From an uncultured Acidobacteriota bacterium (GTDB lineage: Bacteria > Acidobacteriota > Blastocatellia > RBC074): a stretch of 64,000 bases of DNA. The stretch lies in NCBI GenBank assembly GCA_963796275.1, contig CAWCKY010000006.1, forward strand, positions 2,816,001 through 2,880,000, written 5' to 3'. Both the position numbers and the translations under genes were made by a program. A model generated the notes under the pieces. It searched no databases. It saw nothing but the letters and a program-made list of their open reading frames with translations, and was not told where the DNA came from. Positions 53,122 to 64,000 of this stretch are shown here, piece by piece; position 1 is the first letter of the stretch, and each line of letters starts with the position of its first letter.

Positions 53122-53634
53122 GATGTATTACCTCCTTTTTTATATTTCAGTGAAAGTCTGAACATATAGTAGGATGCGCTGCCTTCTGTCGCCTTCAATG
53201 CTACGAAATAATGATTCTCTAAAGTAATGGCAAGCACCGTACCGCTGACGCTTGGTCTCGGGTGAGTTACATATAAATTCCTTATCCCGATAGGATTTGG
53301 AAATTAATAGTAAGTGTCCGGAGAACTCGCACGCATTCAGCATATGGATAAATGTGTCTCTATCCACTGGGGCAAAATTCCACTTTGGCGGGGGCGAGAT
53401 TCCACAACCCCCTGGATGAATTTCGATTGTGTGTAATCCTTGACATCGTTACGCGTACGAGAGAAGTCGTTGTCGGTGCGGCTGAAGCTGGATCCGAGAT
53501 CGCTGGCATAATAGACTCGATTGACGCCTTGGCGCTCGCGGATTGCTTTATTGTTCTGCTTGAGGTCCCAATTTTTAATCAATGCTATCATCAGGTTATA
53601 GAGTAAAAAAATTCGGAAATTTTGAGGGGAAGCC

Positions 53635-54470
53635 ATGCAAAGAGTATTGGTCATAAGTGAAGCTACGGAGGAGTTATCGTGGTTACGTGAAGCGCCATCG
53701 TTACAAAATTGCGAGATTGAAACGGTTGGCGAGGATGATGCCGATATCTTACAGCTTCTGCGACGGCGTGATTTCGATGTGGTGCTGACGAGTCCCAGGA
53801 CTCCAGTGAAGGCGGACCTTGCGCTGTTTGGCGAGATGCGGCGCATCCGGCCGGGCCTGCGCCTGATTTTGTTGGCGTCAGAGACTACTCCGAAAGATTT
53901 GATCGCGGCCATGCGCGCTCACGTCTTCGCCTGTTTCAGCCCGCCGTATAATGCCGGCGAGGTTGTGGCAATGATCAATCGCGCCATTGAAGAGCGCGAC
54001 TGGAAGGACGGCATCGAAGTCCTGTCGGCAACTTGCGATGGATCACCCTCAGGGTTACGCCGCGTCGTTTGACCGCTGAACGCCTCGTGCGGTTTATGAG
54101 TGAGCTGAGATCAGACCTGCCCGACCCGGAAAGAGAAGAGCTCATCACAGCTTTTCGAGAGGTTCTGATGAACGCGATGGAACATGGCGCGGGCTTCAAT
54201 CCCGAATTGGTAGTGGATGTTTCAGCCATCCGTTCGCAGCGGGCCATCGTTTATTACTTCCGTGATCCCGGCCCCGGGTTTGACCCTGAAGACTTGCCGC
54301 ACGCCGCCGTCTCCAACATACCCGAAAACCCCATCGGCCATATCGAGTACCGTGAGGCGCGCGGGATGCGTCCCGGCGGCTTCGGTATCATATTAACGAA
54401 ACAATTGGTTGATGAAGTGATCTACAACGAAATCGGCAACGAGATCCTACTCATAAAACATACTTCTTGA
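53635..54470 (+). pseudogene. Receiver domain plus RsbW-type HATPase (anti-sigma kinase), frameshift near 54035
   Basis: REC-like N-terminus; E.LMNAMEHG, DPGPGFD and GGFGI. Confidence 0.8.
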
Positions 54471-54784
54471 TGACTTTTCAGGACAACGGACAACTTCCAC
54501 TGAAATGGCCCAGGGTCCGGTTATTTTGTGGGACGATTACGATAGGACCGCAGCTAAGTGCTGAAGATCACGTCATCCGGGTCATCAAGGGCGAATTGAA
54601 CGATCCGACTTTGTCAATTCAATTCAAACAGGGCTTCAGGTTTTTGCCGTCGGTTCTGGCTATCTGCGACGTGATCCTGAAAGTCCCGGTTATGCCGCAA
54701 TCATCGAATGGCTCAACGAGCGTGTAGCTAAGCCGGAAGATTATGCGGGGCGAGATCCGCGTTTCATTTAACGGGGGCTACCAG

Positions 54785-56644
54785 ATGAGCGAAAGCATTT
54801 CAGGCGAAACGGGCGGGACTGATGGGTTGCTGAGATTTCCCGGCTGGGGCACTACCGAGCAGCTAGATATGTCGCAGCCGCAGGCGGTCGAGATCAAACA
54901 TCTCGATTCCGGAGTGAGGCACAAACTCGGCGAGTGGCGCTCGACGGCGATCTGCGGCAATGACATCACGTCGAGCTGCTTGTATGTAGCCGCGCTCAGC
55001 GCGCTTTATGCCGGGCCGTTTGCGCCGCTTGCTCTGGTGGCGGTGGCGTTGCTGCTCTATATGTTTCGCAGCATCTACGCTGAAGTCGGCACGGCGTTGC
55101 CGCTCAACGGCGGCGCTTACAACGTGTTGCTCAACACGACTTCGAAGGCCAAGGCCTCTGTGGCTGCCTGCCTGACGCTACTCTCCTATCTCGCCACCGC
55201 GGTTATCAGTGCGAAGGAAGCCATGCATTACGCGCATAATCTGTGGAGCGGGATGAACGTCTTCTGGGCGACGATGGTACTGCTCGGCGTCTTTGCGATG
55301 CTCAACTTGATCGGCATCAGGGAGTCGTCGAGCGTGGCGCTGGCGCTGTTCATCATCCACATCGCCACGCTGACGATTCTGTCGCTGACTTCCGGCGTTG
55401 CAGTGCTGACCGACCTATCCACCTTCGCCGCGAACTGGCAGGTGCCTGCGCCGGACGGGATGCTGAAGGCCATCTTCTTCGGCTTTTCGGCGGCGATGCT
55501 CGGCATCAGCGGGTTTGAAAGCTCGGCCAACTTCATTGAGGAGCAAGAGGAGGGCGTCTTTCCGAAGACGCTTCGGAATATGTGGATCGCCGTAGCGATC
55601 TTCAACCCGCTGACAAGTCTGCTGGCAATGGGGCTGTTGCCGCTGGCGCAGATCGCTTCCAACAAGGAAGACTTGTTGGCCACTATGGGAATGATCTCTG
55701 CGGGGCGCTGGTTGCACATAATGGTGAGCGTAGATGCGGCGCTGGTATTGTCAGGCGCAGTGTTAACGAGCTACGTCGGCGTGACGGGGCTGGTGCGGCG
55801 GATGACGCTGGACCGCTGCCTACCGCAAATTCTGTTGCGCGAAAATGAATGGCGCGGGACAAACCACTGGATCATTGTGTTCTTCTTTCTGTTGTGCTGC
55901 TCGGTCTTGATGATCACCGCCGGAAGGATCGAGGCGCTAGCCGGCGTCTATACAATTTCATTTCTCGGCGTGATGGCGCTTTTCGCCATCGGCAACATGC
56001 TGCTGAAGGTGAAGCGCGCGCGATTGCCGCGCGCCGTGCGTGCAAGTTGGCCAACCGTGGTGTTCGGTTTTCTCGCAGTGTGCATAGGCTTGCTCGGCAA
56101 TCTGCTGATCAATCCCGCCTCTGTGCGCGTGTTCGGCGTCTATTTCGCTGTCGTCCTGGCAATTGTGGGGGTGATGTTTCTGCGCGTCCAGATTCTCAAA
56201 GTCGCGCTGGCCGTTTTGCGCGCGGCCGTTGAAAGGATGCAGGAAGCTAATCGCCTCATCTGTCGCTGGATCATCGCTGGCATTGAACGGATCAATAGTC
56301 AGCGCGTGATCTTCTTTACGCGCGGCGACAATCTGGCGACGCTCAATCGCGCGGCTCTCTACGTGCTGGAGAACGAGCAGACCAAACGGTTCAGGGTGGT
56401 TCACTGTTACGAACGCGAGGAAGACATACCCGCCGATCTGGCGGAGCAGATTCGCATCATTGATCGCATCTATCCTGAGATACGCATTGATCTGTTGCTG
56501 GTTAAAGGAACCTTCTGCCCGGAATTGATCGAGCGCTTATCACAGCGGCTCGGTGTGCCAAAAAACTATATGTTCATCGGCACACCCGGCGACCGCTTCC
56601 CACACCGGATCGCCGATCTGGGAGGGGTGCGATTGATTATGTGA
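54785..56644 (+). CDS. APC-family permease
   Basis: TAICGNDITSS, GFESSANF; many transmembrane helices. Confidence 0.88.
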   Translation: MSESISGETGGTDGLLRFPGWGTTEQLDMSQPQAVEIKHLDSGVRHKLGEWRSTAICGNDITSSCLYVAALSALYAGPFAPLALVAVALLLYMFRSIYAEVGTALPLNGGAYNVLLNTTSKAKASVAACLTLLSYLATAVISAKEAMHYAHNLWSGMNVFWATMVLLGVFAMLNLIGIRESSSVALALFIIHIATLTILSLTSGVAVLTDLSTFAANWQVPAPDGMLKAIFFGFSAAMLGISGFESSANFIEEQEEGVFPKTLRNMWIAVAIFNPLTSLLAMGLLPLAQIASNKEDLLATMGMISAGRWLHIMVSVDAALVLSGAVLTSYVGVTGLVRRMTLDRCLPQILLRENEWRGTNHWIIVFFFLLCCSVLMITAGRIEALAGVYTISFLGVMALFAIGNMLLKVKRARLPRAVRASWPTVVFGFLAVCIGLLGNLLINPASVRVFGVYFAVVLAIVGVMFLRVQILKVALAVLRAAVERMQEANRLICRWIIAGIERINSQRVIFFTRGDNLATLNRAALYVLENEQTKRFRVVHCYEREEDIPADLAEQIRIIDRIYPEIRIDLLLVKGTFCPELIERLSQRLGVPKNYMFIGTPGDRFPHRIADLGGVRLIM

Positions 56645-56771
56645 TCTCGCGACGGGAGCGCGGCAAGAATTTCGGGTAGAGTCGTATGGCAAATTGGGAC
56701 CATCTGTTGCCGGATACAGCAATGTCGTCTGTGCAGGAGTACATTTTTTCGCTTCCGAAGGAGTGTTTTGT

Positions 56772-58550
56772 ATGAGTGAAACCGTAGGTTCTATGGTGCG
56801 GCCGCCGCATTGGCTGAGCGGATGGCGTGACAAACTCGCGGCGAGCCTCGGCGTGTCGCCGCAGCGCAAGGAAGAGATTTACCTTGAACTGTCGAAATCC
56901 ACCACGCTGCGTGATCCGAGTTACTGGCTCCAAATCGTCTTTGCTGCTGGCATCGCCACACTGGGGTTGGTTCTCAACAGCCCGGCGGTGATTATCGGCG
57001 CGATGCTCATCTCGCCCTTGATGGGCCCGATTCTAGCGGGCGGCCTGGCTTTTGCTTCCGGCGACCTGATTCTCGGCCTGCGTGCAGGCATCATGCTGCT
57101 GTTGAGCTGTATCGTGGCGATCGCTTTTTCGGTGCTGCTCGTCGGATTCTTACCGTTCAAGGAGATGACCGGCGAGATCGCTGCGCGGACGCAGCCGAAC
57201 ACGCTCGATCTGGTAGTTGCACTCTTCTCCGGCGCTATTGGCTCAATGGCGGTTTGCAAGGAGGTCAAGGGCGTCGTGACTTCGGTTCCGGGTGTGGCGA
57301 TCGCCGTCGCGTTGATGCCGCCATTGTGTGTTGTCGGTTACGGGATCGGCGTGGCCGTGAGCTTGAACGGCGCAGAGGGGATGCGCGTGGCGCGCGGCGG
57401 CGGATTGCTGTTTTTGACCAACCTCGTGACGATCACCTTCACGGCGATGGTTGTCTTTCTGGTCTTGCACATCGACACGAGGCAGGTGAAAGAGCGTGTG
57501 CGCGAATGGCGCAGCGAGGATAAGGAGAGTGTCCTGGCCCGTTATCTGCTCATGCGCTTTCGCGTTTCGGACAAAGTGCGCAGCATCGGAGGGTTGTCCA
57601 GCCGTCTGGTGATGGTCCTCGCGGCCATCGCGCTGTTGCTGATCCCGCTCACCCAGTCGCTCAGCCAGCTCAAGGGCGAGATCGCGCGGCAGCAGTGGGA
57701 AAATCGCGTGCGGCGCGTCGCCACCCAGTTGTGGCAAAACCATTATGAGAAAATGCCGGGCGGCGAAGCGCGTTCCTTCCTCGATTCTCTCGCGATTTCG
57801 GATGCGGATGGCAAGATCATGCTGGTGCTGCGTGTCTTCGACATTAAACCATACACAGAAGCCGAGAAGGCCGAATATATGCGGCTCGTGGCCGAACGGC
57901 TTGGCAGGCCGGCGGATTCCGTCAGACTGCAACTGATCGAGATTCCTACCGCTGCGGCGCTGCTCGGTGCGAAGGCGAGAGAGGAGAGGCGCGAGGTGCC
58001 GCCGCCAACGGTCGCACAATTGCGCGCCAGCTTTTGGCAGGGAGTCGAAGCAGCGATGCAGGGAGTACGGCTGCCGCCGTCGATGCAGCTGCTCGGTTAC
58101 CGGGTCGTGACCGGCTCCACCGAGCCGACGCGCCTCGTAATTGTGTACCTCGGCGAGCGTGACATCGAAAGCGACGCGCAGGCGTTGATCGCTGAGGATG
58201 TTCGCGCACGGCTCGCCATACCGAACACGGAGATGAGTTGCGAACGGGTACAGTCGCTCTTCGGCCCGATCGGCTTCAGACGTAACCAGGCGTCGTTGCC
58301 TGCGAGAGTCTCAAATCTGCTTGATCAAATCGGGCAGATGCTCCAGCAGTATCCAGAGTTGCGGGCCGAGGTCGTCGCACATGCGGAAGGGCCGGAACGT
58401 GTGTGGATCGCCGAAGAGCGCGCACAGGCCGTCAGCAATTACTTGAGCGAGCGCAGCGGGGTTGCATCCGAGCGAATCAAAATCACAACCCGCCCTGAAG
58501 CGGCGCACAACGTCATCGTCAGGCTGGTTAAGAACAGTCAGGGTCAGTGA
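56772..58550 (+). CDS. DUF389 membrane protein with an OmpA-like C-terminal domain
   Basis: GL..NS.AVIIGAMLISPLMGP, GVAIA.ALMPP; C-terminal F...A.L....ERA.AV..YL..GV..ERI. Confidence 0.8.
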   Translation: MSETVGSMVRPPHWLSGWRDKLAASLGVSPQRKEEIYLELSKSTTLRDPSYWLQIVFAAGIATLGLVLNSPAVIIGAMLISPLMGPILAGGLAFASGDLILGLRAGIMLLLSCIVAIAFSVLLVGFLPFKEMTGEIAARTQPNTLDLVVALFSGAIGSMAVCKEVKGVVTSVPGVAIAVALMPPLCVVGYGIGVAVSLNGAEGMRVARGGGLLFLTNLVTITFTAMVVFLVLHIDTRQVKERVREWRSEDKESVLARYLLMRFRVSDKVRSIGGLSSRLVMVLAAIALLLIPLTQSLSQLKGEIARQQWENRVRRVATQLWQNHYEKMPGGEARSFLDSLAISDADGKIMLVLRVFDIKPYTEAEKAEYMRLVAERLGRPADSVRLQLIEIPTAAALLGAKAREERREVPPPTVAQLRASFWQGVEAAMQGVRLPPSMQLLGYRVVTGSTEPTRLVIVYLGERDIESDAQALIAEDVRARLAIPNTEMSCERVQSLFGPIGFRRNQASLPARVSNLLDQIGQMLQQYPELRAEVVAHAEGPERVWIAEERAQAVSNYLSERSGVASERIKITTRPEAAHNVIVRLVKNSQGQ

Positions 58551-58589
58551 TAGTATTCGCTCTCTATTTGCGGCTCTTAGCTCTCTGAC

Positions 58590-58735
58590 CAGGGAGCATA
58601 GCATTAAGGACCTGGACATCGAGCCGAGGATCAAATCATCAAAGCTTTTCCCGAAGATACTGCACCGCGCTTCCGCTTCGGTGTGTGCAGCCGATGAAAT
58701 GTTGCTACCAATCCGGTTTGATAAAAGCCACTCAT
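58590..58735 (-). pseudogene. 5' relic of a second gpgS copy
   Basis: gatgaaatgttgctaccaatccggtttgataaaagccactcat nearly matches 37992-38034. Confidence 0.75.
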
Positions 58736-58945
58736 TGCACCTCCTATTCATTTAACGGCTGACCGGGATGAAGGTCAGCGTGACATATCGGGCGGGTACT
58801 AGTGTCGTCAACGCCGATTTGGCGTGCGGTTTCGCATCATCAGAGATAGTGTCAGTTGTGCTGTGTAGCAATTTGGGACTAAGGGTTGGTCAAACGCTAC
58901 AGTTCTCCCAAACGTCTACAAGTCTATCCTCTGGGCGATCGCACG

Positions 58946-58961
58946 TGGCACTCGAATTGCC
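58946..58961 (+). promoter_or_regulatory. Sigma-54 promoter of the treZ operon
   Basis: TGGCACTCGAATTGCC. Confidence 0.65.
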
Positions 58962-59023
58962 CTTAATGCAATGAACACTGGTTGAACCAACGCTCTGTCT
59001 TTTCAAGTCACTAAGGAGAGTCT

Positions 59024-60859
59024 ATGGGTATCAAGATCGGCGCTCGCTGTGCAGGTGTCAGCGGATGTGAGTTCATAGTTTGGGCCCCACAAGTGAATGA
59101 AGTTGCCCTTAAGCTGCTCTCGCCTGAGCTGAGAATGATCCCGATGGAACGGGATGAATGGGGATATTGGCGCACGGCGCTCGATAACGTTGCAGCCGGC
59201 GCGCGGTATCTTTACCGCATCGACAACGATGAGGAGCGACCTGATCCGGCATCACATCTCCAGCCCTTCGGAGTGCATGGTTCATCGGAGGTCGTCACGC
59301 ACGATGATTTTCCGTGGTCGGATCAGGGCTGGGCAGGCATCCAGAAGGAGCAGTTGGTCATTTCCGAACTGCACGTCGGCGCCTTCACACCCGAAGGGAC
59401 ATTTGACGCCATTATTCGGCGCTTGTCAGAACTACATGAGCTCGGCATTACAGCTATTGAGCTGATGCCGGTTGCTGAGTTCCCCGGCGAGCGGAACTGG
59501 GGCTACGACGGAGTCTATCCTTTCTCTGTGCATCACGCTTATGGCGGGCCGGTGGGATTGAAGCGATTGGTCAATGCCTGTCACGAGGCTGGGCTGGCGG
59601 TGATCCTTGATGTTGTATACAACCATCTCGGGCCGGAGGGAAATTATCTCGCACGGTTCGCGCCGTATTTCACCGACAAATACCGAACGCCCTGGGGTAG
59701 CGCAATCAATTTCGACGGCGCCTGGAGCGACGGCGTGCGGAACTACTTCATCGAAAACGCTCTGCATTGGTTCGGAAACTATCATATTGACGGCTTGAGA
59801 CTGGATGCCATTCACGCAATTTTTGATCAGAGCGCAAGGCCTTTTTTACAGGAGTTGGCCGATGAGGTGACGGAATTCGCTGCGCAGCAGGGCCGGAATC
59901 CATTCCTGGTTGCGGAATCAAACCTCAACGAGCCACGTGTCATCCGGCCGAAGAAGAGAGGAGGGTTCGGACTGGAGGGGGTATGGTGCGATGACTTTCA
60001 TCATTCCTTGCGCACGCTGCTGATGGCTGACCGCAGCGGCTATTACGTGGACTTCGGATCTGTCGCGCATCTCGTCAAAGCAATGCGGGAGGGATTTGTT
60101 TACTCGGGCGAATATTCGGCATTCCGCAAACGAAGACATGGAAGCTCATCTGCCGACAGACCTGGCCATCAGTTTGTCGTCTTTGCACAGAATCATGACC
60201 AGATCGGCAATCGCATGCTAGGCGAGCGACTAGCAGAGCTGGTTTCATTTGAAGCTCTCAAACTCGCTGCGGGAACGGTATTGCTCTCTCCCTTCATTCC
60301 GCTTTTGTTTATGGGTGAGGAGTACGGCGAGGACGCGCCATTTCTTTATTTCGTCAGCCACGGCGATCCGGATTTGATTTCGGCTGTGAGAGAAGGGCGG
60401 AAGGAAGAATTCAAAACCTTCAAGTGGACGGACGAGCCGCCGGATCCACAGGCTATGGATACGTATCTCCGATCGAAAGTCGATTGGGAGAAACGCAATC
60501 AGGGCAGGCATCGTCTGTTGCGCGAGTTCTACCGAAAGCTGATCCGGTTGCGCCGCGAGATACCCGCGCTTGCGGCGCTCGATAAGAGCTGCCTGGAGGC
60601 GAGCGGGGACGAAAAGAAGCGAATCGTATTGATGCGTCGCTGGAATGGCGATAGTCGCATCTTCTGCGCCATGAATTTCAATAGTGAGGAAGTGAGCTTC
60701 CGCCATGAATTGCCGGGCGAATGGACCAGGCTGGTTGACTCGGCAGACGAGACCTGGGACGGACCGGGATCGTCGTTGCCTGAGAGAATCACTGCATGGG
60801 ATGAGGTTCTCATTAAAGGGTCGAGCATGGCGCTCTATCGGCAGGAGGGTTTCTTATGA
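59024..60859 (+). CDS. treZ: Malto-oligosyltrehalose trehalohydrolase
   Basis: WGYDGV, DVVYNH.GPEG, GLRLDA.H, QNHDQ.GNR and LFMGEE. Confidence 0.95.
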   Translation: MGIKIGARCAGVSGCEFIVWAPQVNEVALKLLSPELRMIPMERDEWGYWRTALDNVAAGARYLYRIDNDEERPDPASHLQPFGVHGSSEVVTHDDFPWSDQGWAGIQKEQLVISELHVGAFTPEGTFDAIIRRLSELHELGITAIELMPVAEFPGERNWGYDGVYPFSVHHAYGGPVGLKRLVNACHEAGLAVILDVVYNHLGPEGNYLARFAPYFTDKYRTPWGSAINFDGAWSDGVRNYFIENALHWFGNYHIDGLRLDAIHAIFDQSARPFLQELADEVTEFAAQQGRNPFLVAESNLNEPRVIRPKKRGGFGLEGVWCDDFHHSLRTLLMADRSGYYVDFGSVAHLVKAMREGFVYSGEYSAFRKRRHGSSSADRPGHQFVVFAQNHDQIGNRMLGERLAELVSFEALKLAAGTVLLSPFIPLLFMGEEYGEDAPFLYFVSHGDPDLISAVREGRKEEFKTFKWTDEPPDPQAMDTYLRSKVDWEKRNQGRHRLLREFYRKLIRLRREIPALAALDKSCLEASGDEKKRIVLMRRWNGDSRIFCAMNFNSEEVSFRHELPGEWTRLVDSADETWDGPGSSLPERITAWDEVLIKGSSMALYRQEGFL

Positions 60860-63291
60860 GTCGTTATATCTGCATTCACGGACACTTTTATCAACCCCCG
60901 CGCGAGAACCCCTGGCTCGAAGAGGTAGAATTGCAGGATTCGTCCTACCCTTATCACGATTGGAATGAGCGCATCACAGCCGAGTGTTATGCGCCCAATG
61001 CGGCAGCGCGCATCCTCGATCGCAACCGCGCTATTCGGGAGATCACCTGCAACTATGCCAGGATCAGTTTCGACTTCGGTCCTACACTCCTGGCCTGGCT
61101 GGAACGGCAAGTGCCGGAGGTCTATGCGGCAATTATCGAAGCCGATCGGGAGAGCCGGAAACGCTTCTCCGGTCATGGCTCGGCGTTGGCGCAGGTCTAT
61201 AACCATCTGATCATGCCGCTGGCCGACAATCGCGATAAGCAGACTCAGATCATATGGGGCATTGCAGATTTCGAGCATCGTTTCGGACGCCCGCCTGAAG
61301 GAATGTGGTTGCCGGAAACCGCCGTCGATCTTGAGACCCTCGAAATCCTCGCCCTGCAAGGCATTCGCTTCACGATTCTCGCGCCTCGGCAGGCACGGCA
61401 GGTACGCCGCCTGGATGAGAGATACTGGCATAACGTCGATAACTCCCGGATCGATCCGAAAAGGGCGTATCTGTGCCGTCTGCGGTCGGGCCGCAGTATC
61501 AACTTGTTTTTTTACGATGGCCCGATTTCGCAGGACATCGCTTTCTGTGGATCGCTCAATAATGGTGAAACGCTGGTACAACGATGGCTGAGCGGATTCA
61601 CGGAAGATCACAGAGAATCGCAACTTGTTCATTTTGCCACTGACGGTGAGACCTATGGACATCATCACCGTCATGGCGAAATGGCGCTGGCCTTTGCCCT
61701 TCATTATCTGGAGGAGCGCCGCCTTGCGAGATTGACTGTCTACGGCGAATTTTTGGAGAAACATCCCCCGCAATATGAGGTCGAGATCATCGAGAATTCC
61801 TCGTGGAGTTGCGTGCACGGCATCCAGAGATGGCGCGCACATTGCGGATGCAACTCGGGACGCGACAGTTGGACGCAGCATTGGCGCGCGCCGCTGCGCA
61901 AGGCGCTCGACTGGCTGCGAGATGAGCTGGCGGCAATCTATCAGAGTGAGATCACGCGTTACCTGCGTGATCCCTGGGCGGCGCGGGACGATTACATTTA
62001 CGTCATCCTCGACCGTTCGGAGTCGAACGTCGAATCGTTTTTAGCTCGCCAGGCCTTGCGGGAGTTGCAGCGGCACGAAAAAGTCAGCGTCCTCCGGCTG
62101 CTCGAAATGCAACGGCATGCCATGCTCATGTTCACCAGTTGCGGCTGGTTCTTCGACGAGATTTCCGGGCTGGAGACGACCCAGGTGATGCAGTACGCCG
62201 CACGCGCCATCCAGCTCGCGGCGCGCAGCAGCGGAGTAGACCTTGAACCTGGCTTCCTCGATATTCTCCGGGGCGCCGGTAGCAACCTCCCGGAGCATCG
62301 GGACGGGGCGGAGGTTTATCTGAAATTGGTCAAACCGTCGAAGGTTGATCTGCTGCGCGTCGGCGCCCATTATGCGGTGTCATCGCTCTTTGAGGACTAT
62401 CCGGAAACGTCCGTGATCTACAGCTACACAGCACAACGGCTCGTTTTCGACCGCCGTGAGGCGGGCCGTCACAAGCTAGCTGTCGGCAAAGCGGCATTGC
62501 GCTCCAACATCACCTGGGCCGAGCGCACAATCAGTTTTGCCGTGCTGCATTTAGGCGATCACTCTCTGGCGGGCGGAGCGCGGGAATTTATGGGCGAGGC
62601 AGCCTTCGCTGCTATGCATCAGGAGATCACCCAAGCATTCTCGCGCAGCGACGTGCCGGAGGTCATCCGCCTGATAGATAGGAACTTCGAGATCCACAAA
62701 TACTCGCTCTGGTATCTGTTTCGAGACGAACAACGGAAAATCTTCTCGCACATTCTCGATTCGACTCTTCAGGACATCGAAGCCTCTTTCCATCAAATCT
62801 ACGAACACAACTACCCGATTGTGCAGGCGATGCGGGATCTGAATATCCCGCTGCCGAAAGCGCTCGCAACCCCGGTTGAATACACGCTCAAGGGGAAGCT
62901 GCGTGAGGTGCTACAGGCTCAAGTCCCGGACCTGGTGCACCTCCAAAGCCTCATGGATGAGATCAATAGATGGGAATTCGAAACTGAGAAGTCCTCGCTC
63001 GGATATATCGCCAGCAGCCGGATCGAAACGCTGATGGAGCGTTTCGCCGCTGACCCGCGCGACTTGCAATTGCTCCAAACCATTGAAGGGATGATGCGGA
63101 TTCTACAAACCCCGTCTATTAAGCTTGATCTGATGAAGGCACAGAATTTGCACTTCCGTATCGCCAGAACGCTGTATCAAACAATGGCAGCAGAGGCAAC
63201 AAGGGGAGGCGAATCCGCCAAACAGTGGGTAAGCCTCTTTGACAGTCTGGGCACATATTTGCAGATCTGCAGGCGCATGAGCCATCTGTGA
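60856..63291 (+). CDS. GH57 / DUF3536 glycoside hydrolase
   Basis: [31 protein letters not shown] and SCGWFFD. Confidence 0.92.
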   Translation: MSRYICIHGHFYQPPRENPWLEEVELQDSSYPYHDWNERITAECYAPNAAARILDRNRAIREITCNYARISFDFGPTLLAWLERQVPEVYAAIIEADRESRKRFSGHGSALAQVYNHLIMPLADNRDKQTQIIWGIADFEHRFGRPPEGMWLPETAVDLETLEILALQGIRFTILAPRQARQVRRLDERYWHNVDNSRIDPKRAYLCRLRSGRSINLFFYDGPISQDIAFCGSLNNGETLVQRWLSGFTEDHRESQLVHFATDGETYGHHHRHGEMALAFALHYLEERRLARLTVYGEFLEKHPPQYEVEIIENSSWSCVHGIQRWRAHCGCNSGRDSWTQHWRAPLRKALDWLRDELAAIYQSEITRYLRDPWAARDDYIYVILDRSESNVESFLARQALRELQRHEKVSVLRLLEMQRHAMLMFTSCGWFFDEISGLETTQVMQYAARAIQLAARSSGVDLEPGFLDILRGAGSNLPEHRDGAEVYLKLVKPSKVDLLRVGAHYAVSSLFEDYPETSVIYSYTAQRLVFDRREAGRHKLAVGKAALRSNITWAERTISFAVLHLGDHSLAGGAREFMGEAAFAAMHQEITQAFSRSDVPEVIRLIDRNFEIHKYSLWYLFRDEQRKIFSHILDSTLQDIEASFHQIYEHNYPIVQAMRDLNIPLPKALATPVEYTLKGKLREVLQAQVPDLVHLQSLMDEINRWEFETEKSSLGYIASSRIETLMERFAADPRDLQLLQTIEGMMRILQTPSIKLDLMKAQNLHFRIARTLYQTMAAEATRGGESAKQWVSLFDSLGTYLQICRRMSHL

Positions 63292-63346
63292 TGTTGGAAG
63301 AGTCTTAGACATCTACCACCTCGAAAGGAGGCAAGGTCGGGAAGTA

Positions 63347-64000
63347 ATGATAGTTGAGGAAAAAAAAAGGGTGATCATCGAAGGCGTCCACCCCGAAATT
63401 GATAGCGGCCAATTTCCCATCAAACGGGTCGTCGGCGAACAGGTCATCGTGCAAGCCGACATCTTCGCGGATGGTCATGACGCAATCGCGGCCGTGCTTC
63501 TCTATCGCAAGGCTGCCGAGATGGGCTGGCACGAAACGCCGATGAAACCTTTGGGCAATGATCGCTGGGAGGCTGCCTTTACAGTCGAGGGGATCGGATT
63601 TTATTACTATACGCTGCAGGCCTGGGTAGATCACTTCCAAACCTGGCGGAAAGACCTGGGCAAGCGGGTCGAAGCTGAACAGGACGTCAAGATCGAGTTG
63701 CTGATCGGGGCCCAATATCTGGAGGCGGCGGCTGAGAGCGCCTCTCCCGCTCTCAGCCAACATCTGCGAACGTGGGCCGGGACGCTCAGTAATGCGCAGG
63801 AGATCGAAAGAGCCATTTCGCTCGCCTTGAGCGATGAACTGGCCAAAGTCATGGCAGCTTCGGCGGACCGGAGCCGGGCGACCGGTTATCCGAAAGAACT
63901 GTCCGTCTCGGTCGATCGAAAACGGGCGCTTTTCAGTGCATGGTATGAGCTCTTTCCCCGATCTTACGGGCAGGAACCGGGGCAGCATGGCGCCTTCAAA
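63347..64000 (+). CDS. glgE: Alpha-1,4-glucan:maltose-1-phosphate maltosyltransferase, runs off the window
   Basis: RVIIEGV.PEID.G.FPIKRVVGE..ADIFADGHD, NDRW and WYELFPRS; missed by the ORF track because there is no stop. Confidence 0.92.
   Translation, partial: MIVEEKKRVIIEGVHPEIDSGQFPIKRVVGEQVIVQADIFADGHDAIAAVLLYRKAAEMGWHETPMKPLGNDRWEAAFTVEGIGFYYYTLQAWVDHFQTWRKDLGKRVEAEQDVKIELLIGAQYLEAAAESASPALSQHLRTWAGTLSNAQEIERAISLALSDELAKVMAASADRSRATGYPKELSVSVDRKRALFSAWYELFPRSYGQEPGQHGAFK

Noticed and set aside
53337-53600. Fragment NWDLKQNN...YYASDLG resembling a kinase-like protein
   Set aside because: Short relic that I cannot assign to a family with confidence
63305-63988. 227-aa minus-strand ORF (also 60835-61881, 12578-13768 and 25492-26469)
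   Set aside because: Antisense shadows of well-supported genes (glgE, GH57, receptor, lyase) in GC-rich DNA

Overview
Bacterial DNA whose gene repertoire (carboxypeptidase-domain TonB-type receptor, VWA and ADOP fragments, DUF5678) looks Acidobacteria/Blastocatellia-like; this assignment is an inference. The window has two halves. (1) Positions ~1-31.8 kb are a decaying, apparently tandem array of related integrative elements. The module integrase - DUF5678 - retropepsin - higA recurs in three states of decay (6.9, 16.8 and 29.0 kb). A tRNA-Pro 3' fragment flanked by arm-type repeats sits at 28.7-29.0 kb. Cargo includes attC-bearing gene cassettes without an integron integrase, an IS200/IS605 tnpB element, an arsenic-resistance cluster and a metal-handling operon. 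In that operon, the ORF-track gene at 8203 is really an ORF starting at 8080, with an in-frame UGA at the second Cys position of a heavy-metal-binding CxxC motif (C-G-N-U) followed by a SECIS-like hairpin. It is a candidate selenoprotein HMA-domain/outer-membrane barrel fusion and the top finding here. (2) Positions ~32-64 kb are an osmotic/desiccation stress region (GpgS/GpgP, glgC, treZ, GH57, glgE, MscS, CPA2 antiporter, USP, baeRF, PRC-barrel, orphan mreB-mrdA) with many sigma-54 promoters and a shared upstream enhancer motif. Many genes carry single-base frameshifts, from decay or long-read error. All family assignments are by eye; no searches were run.
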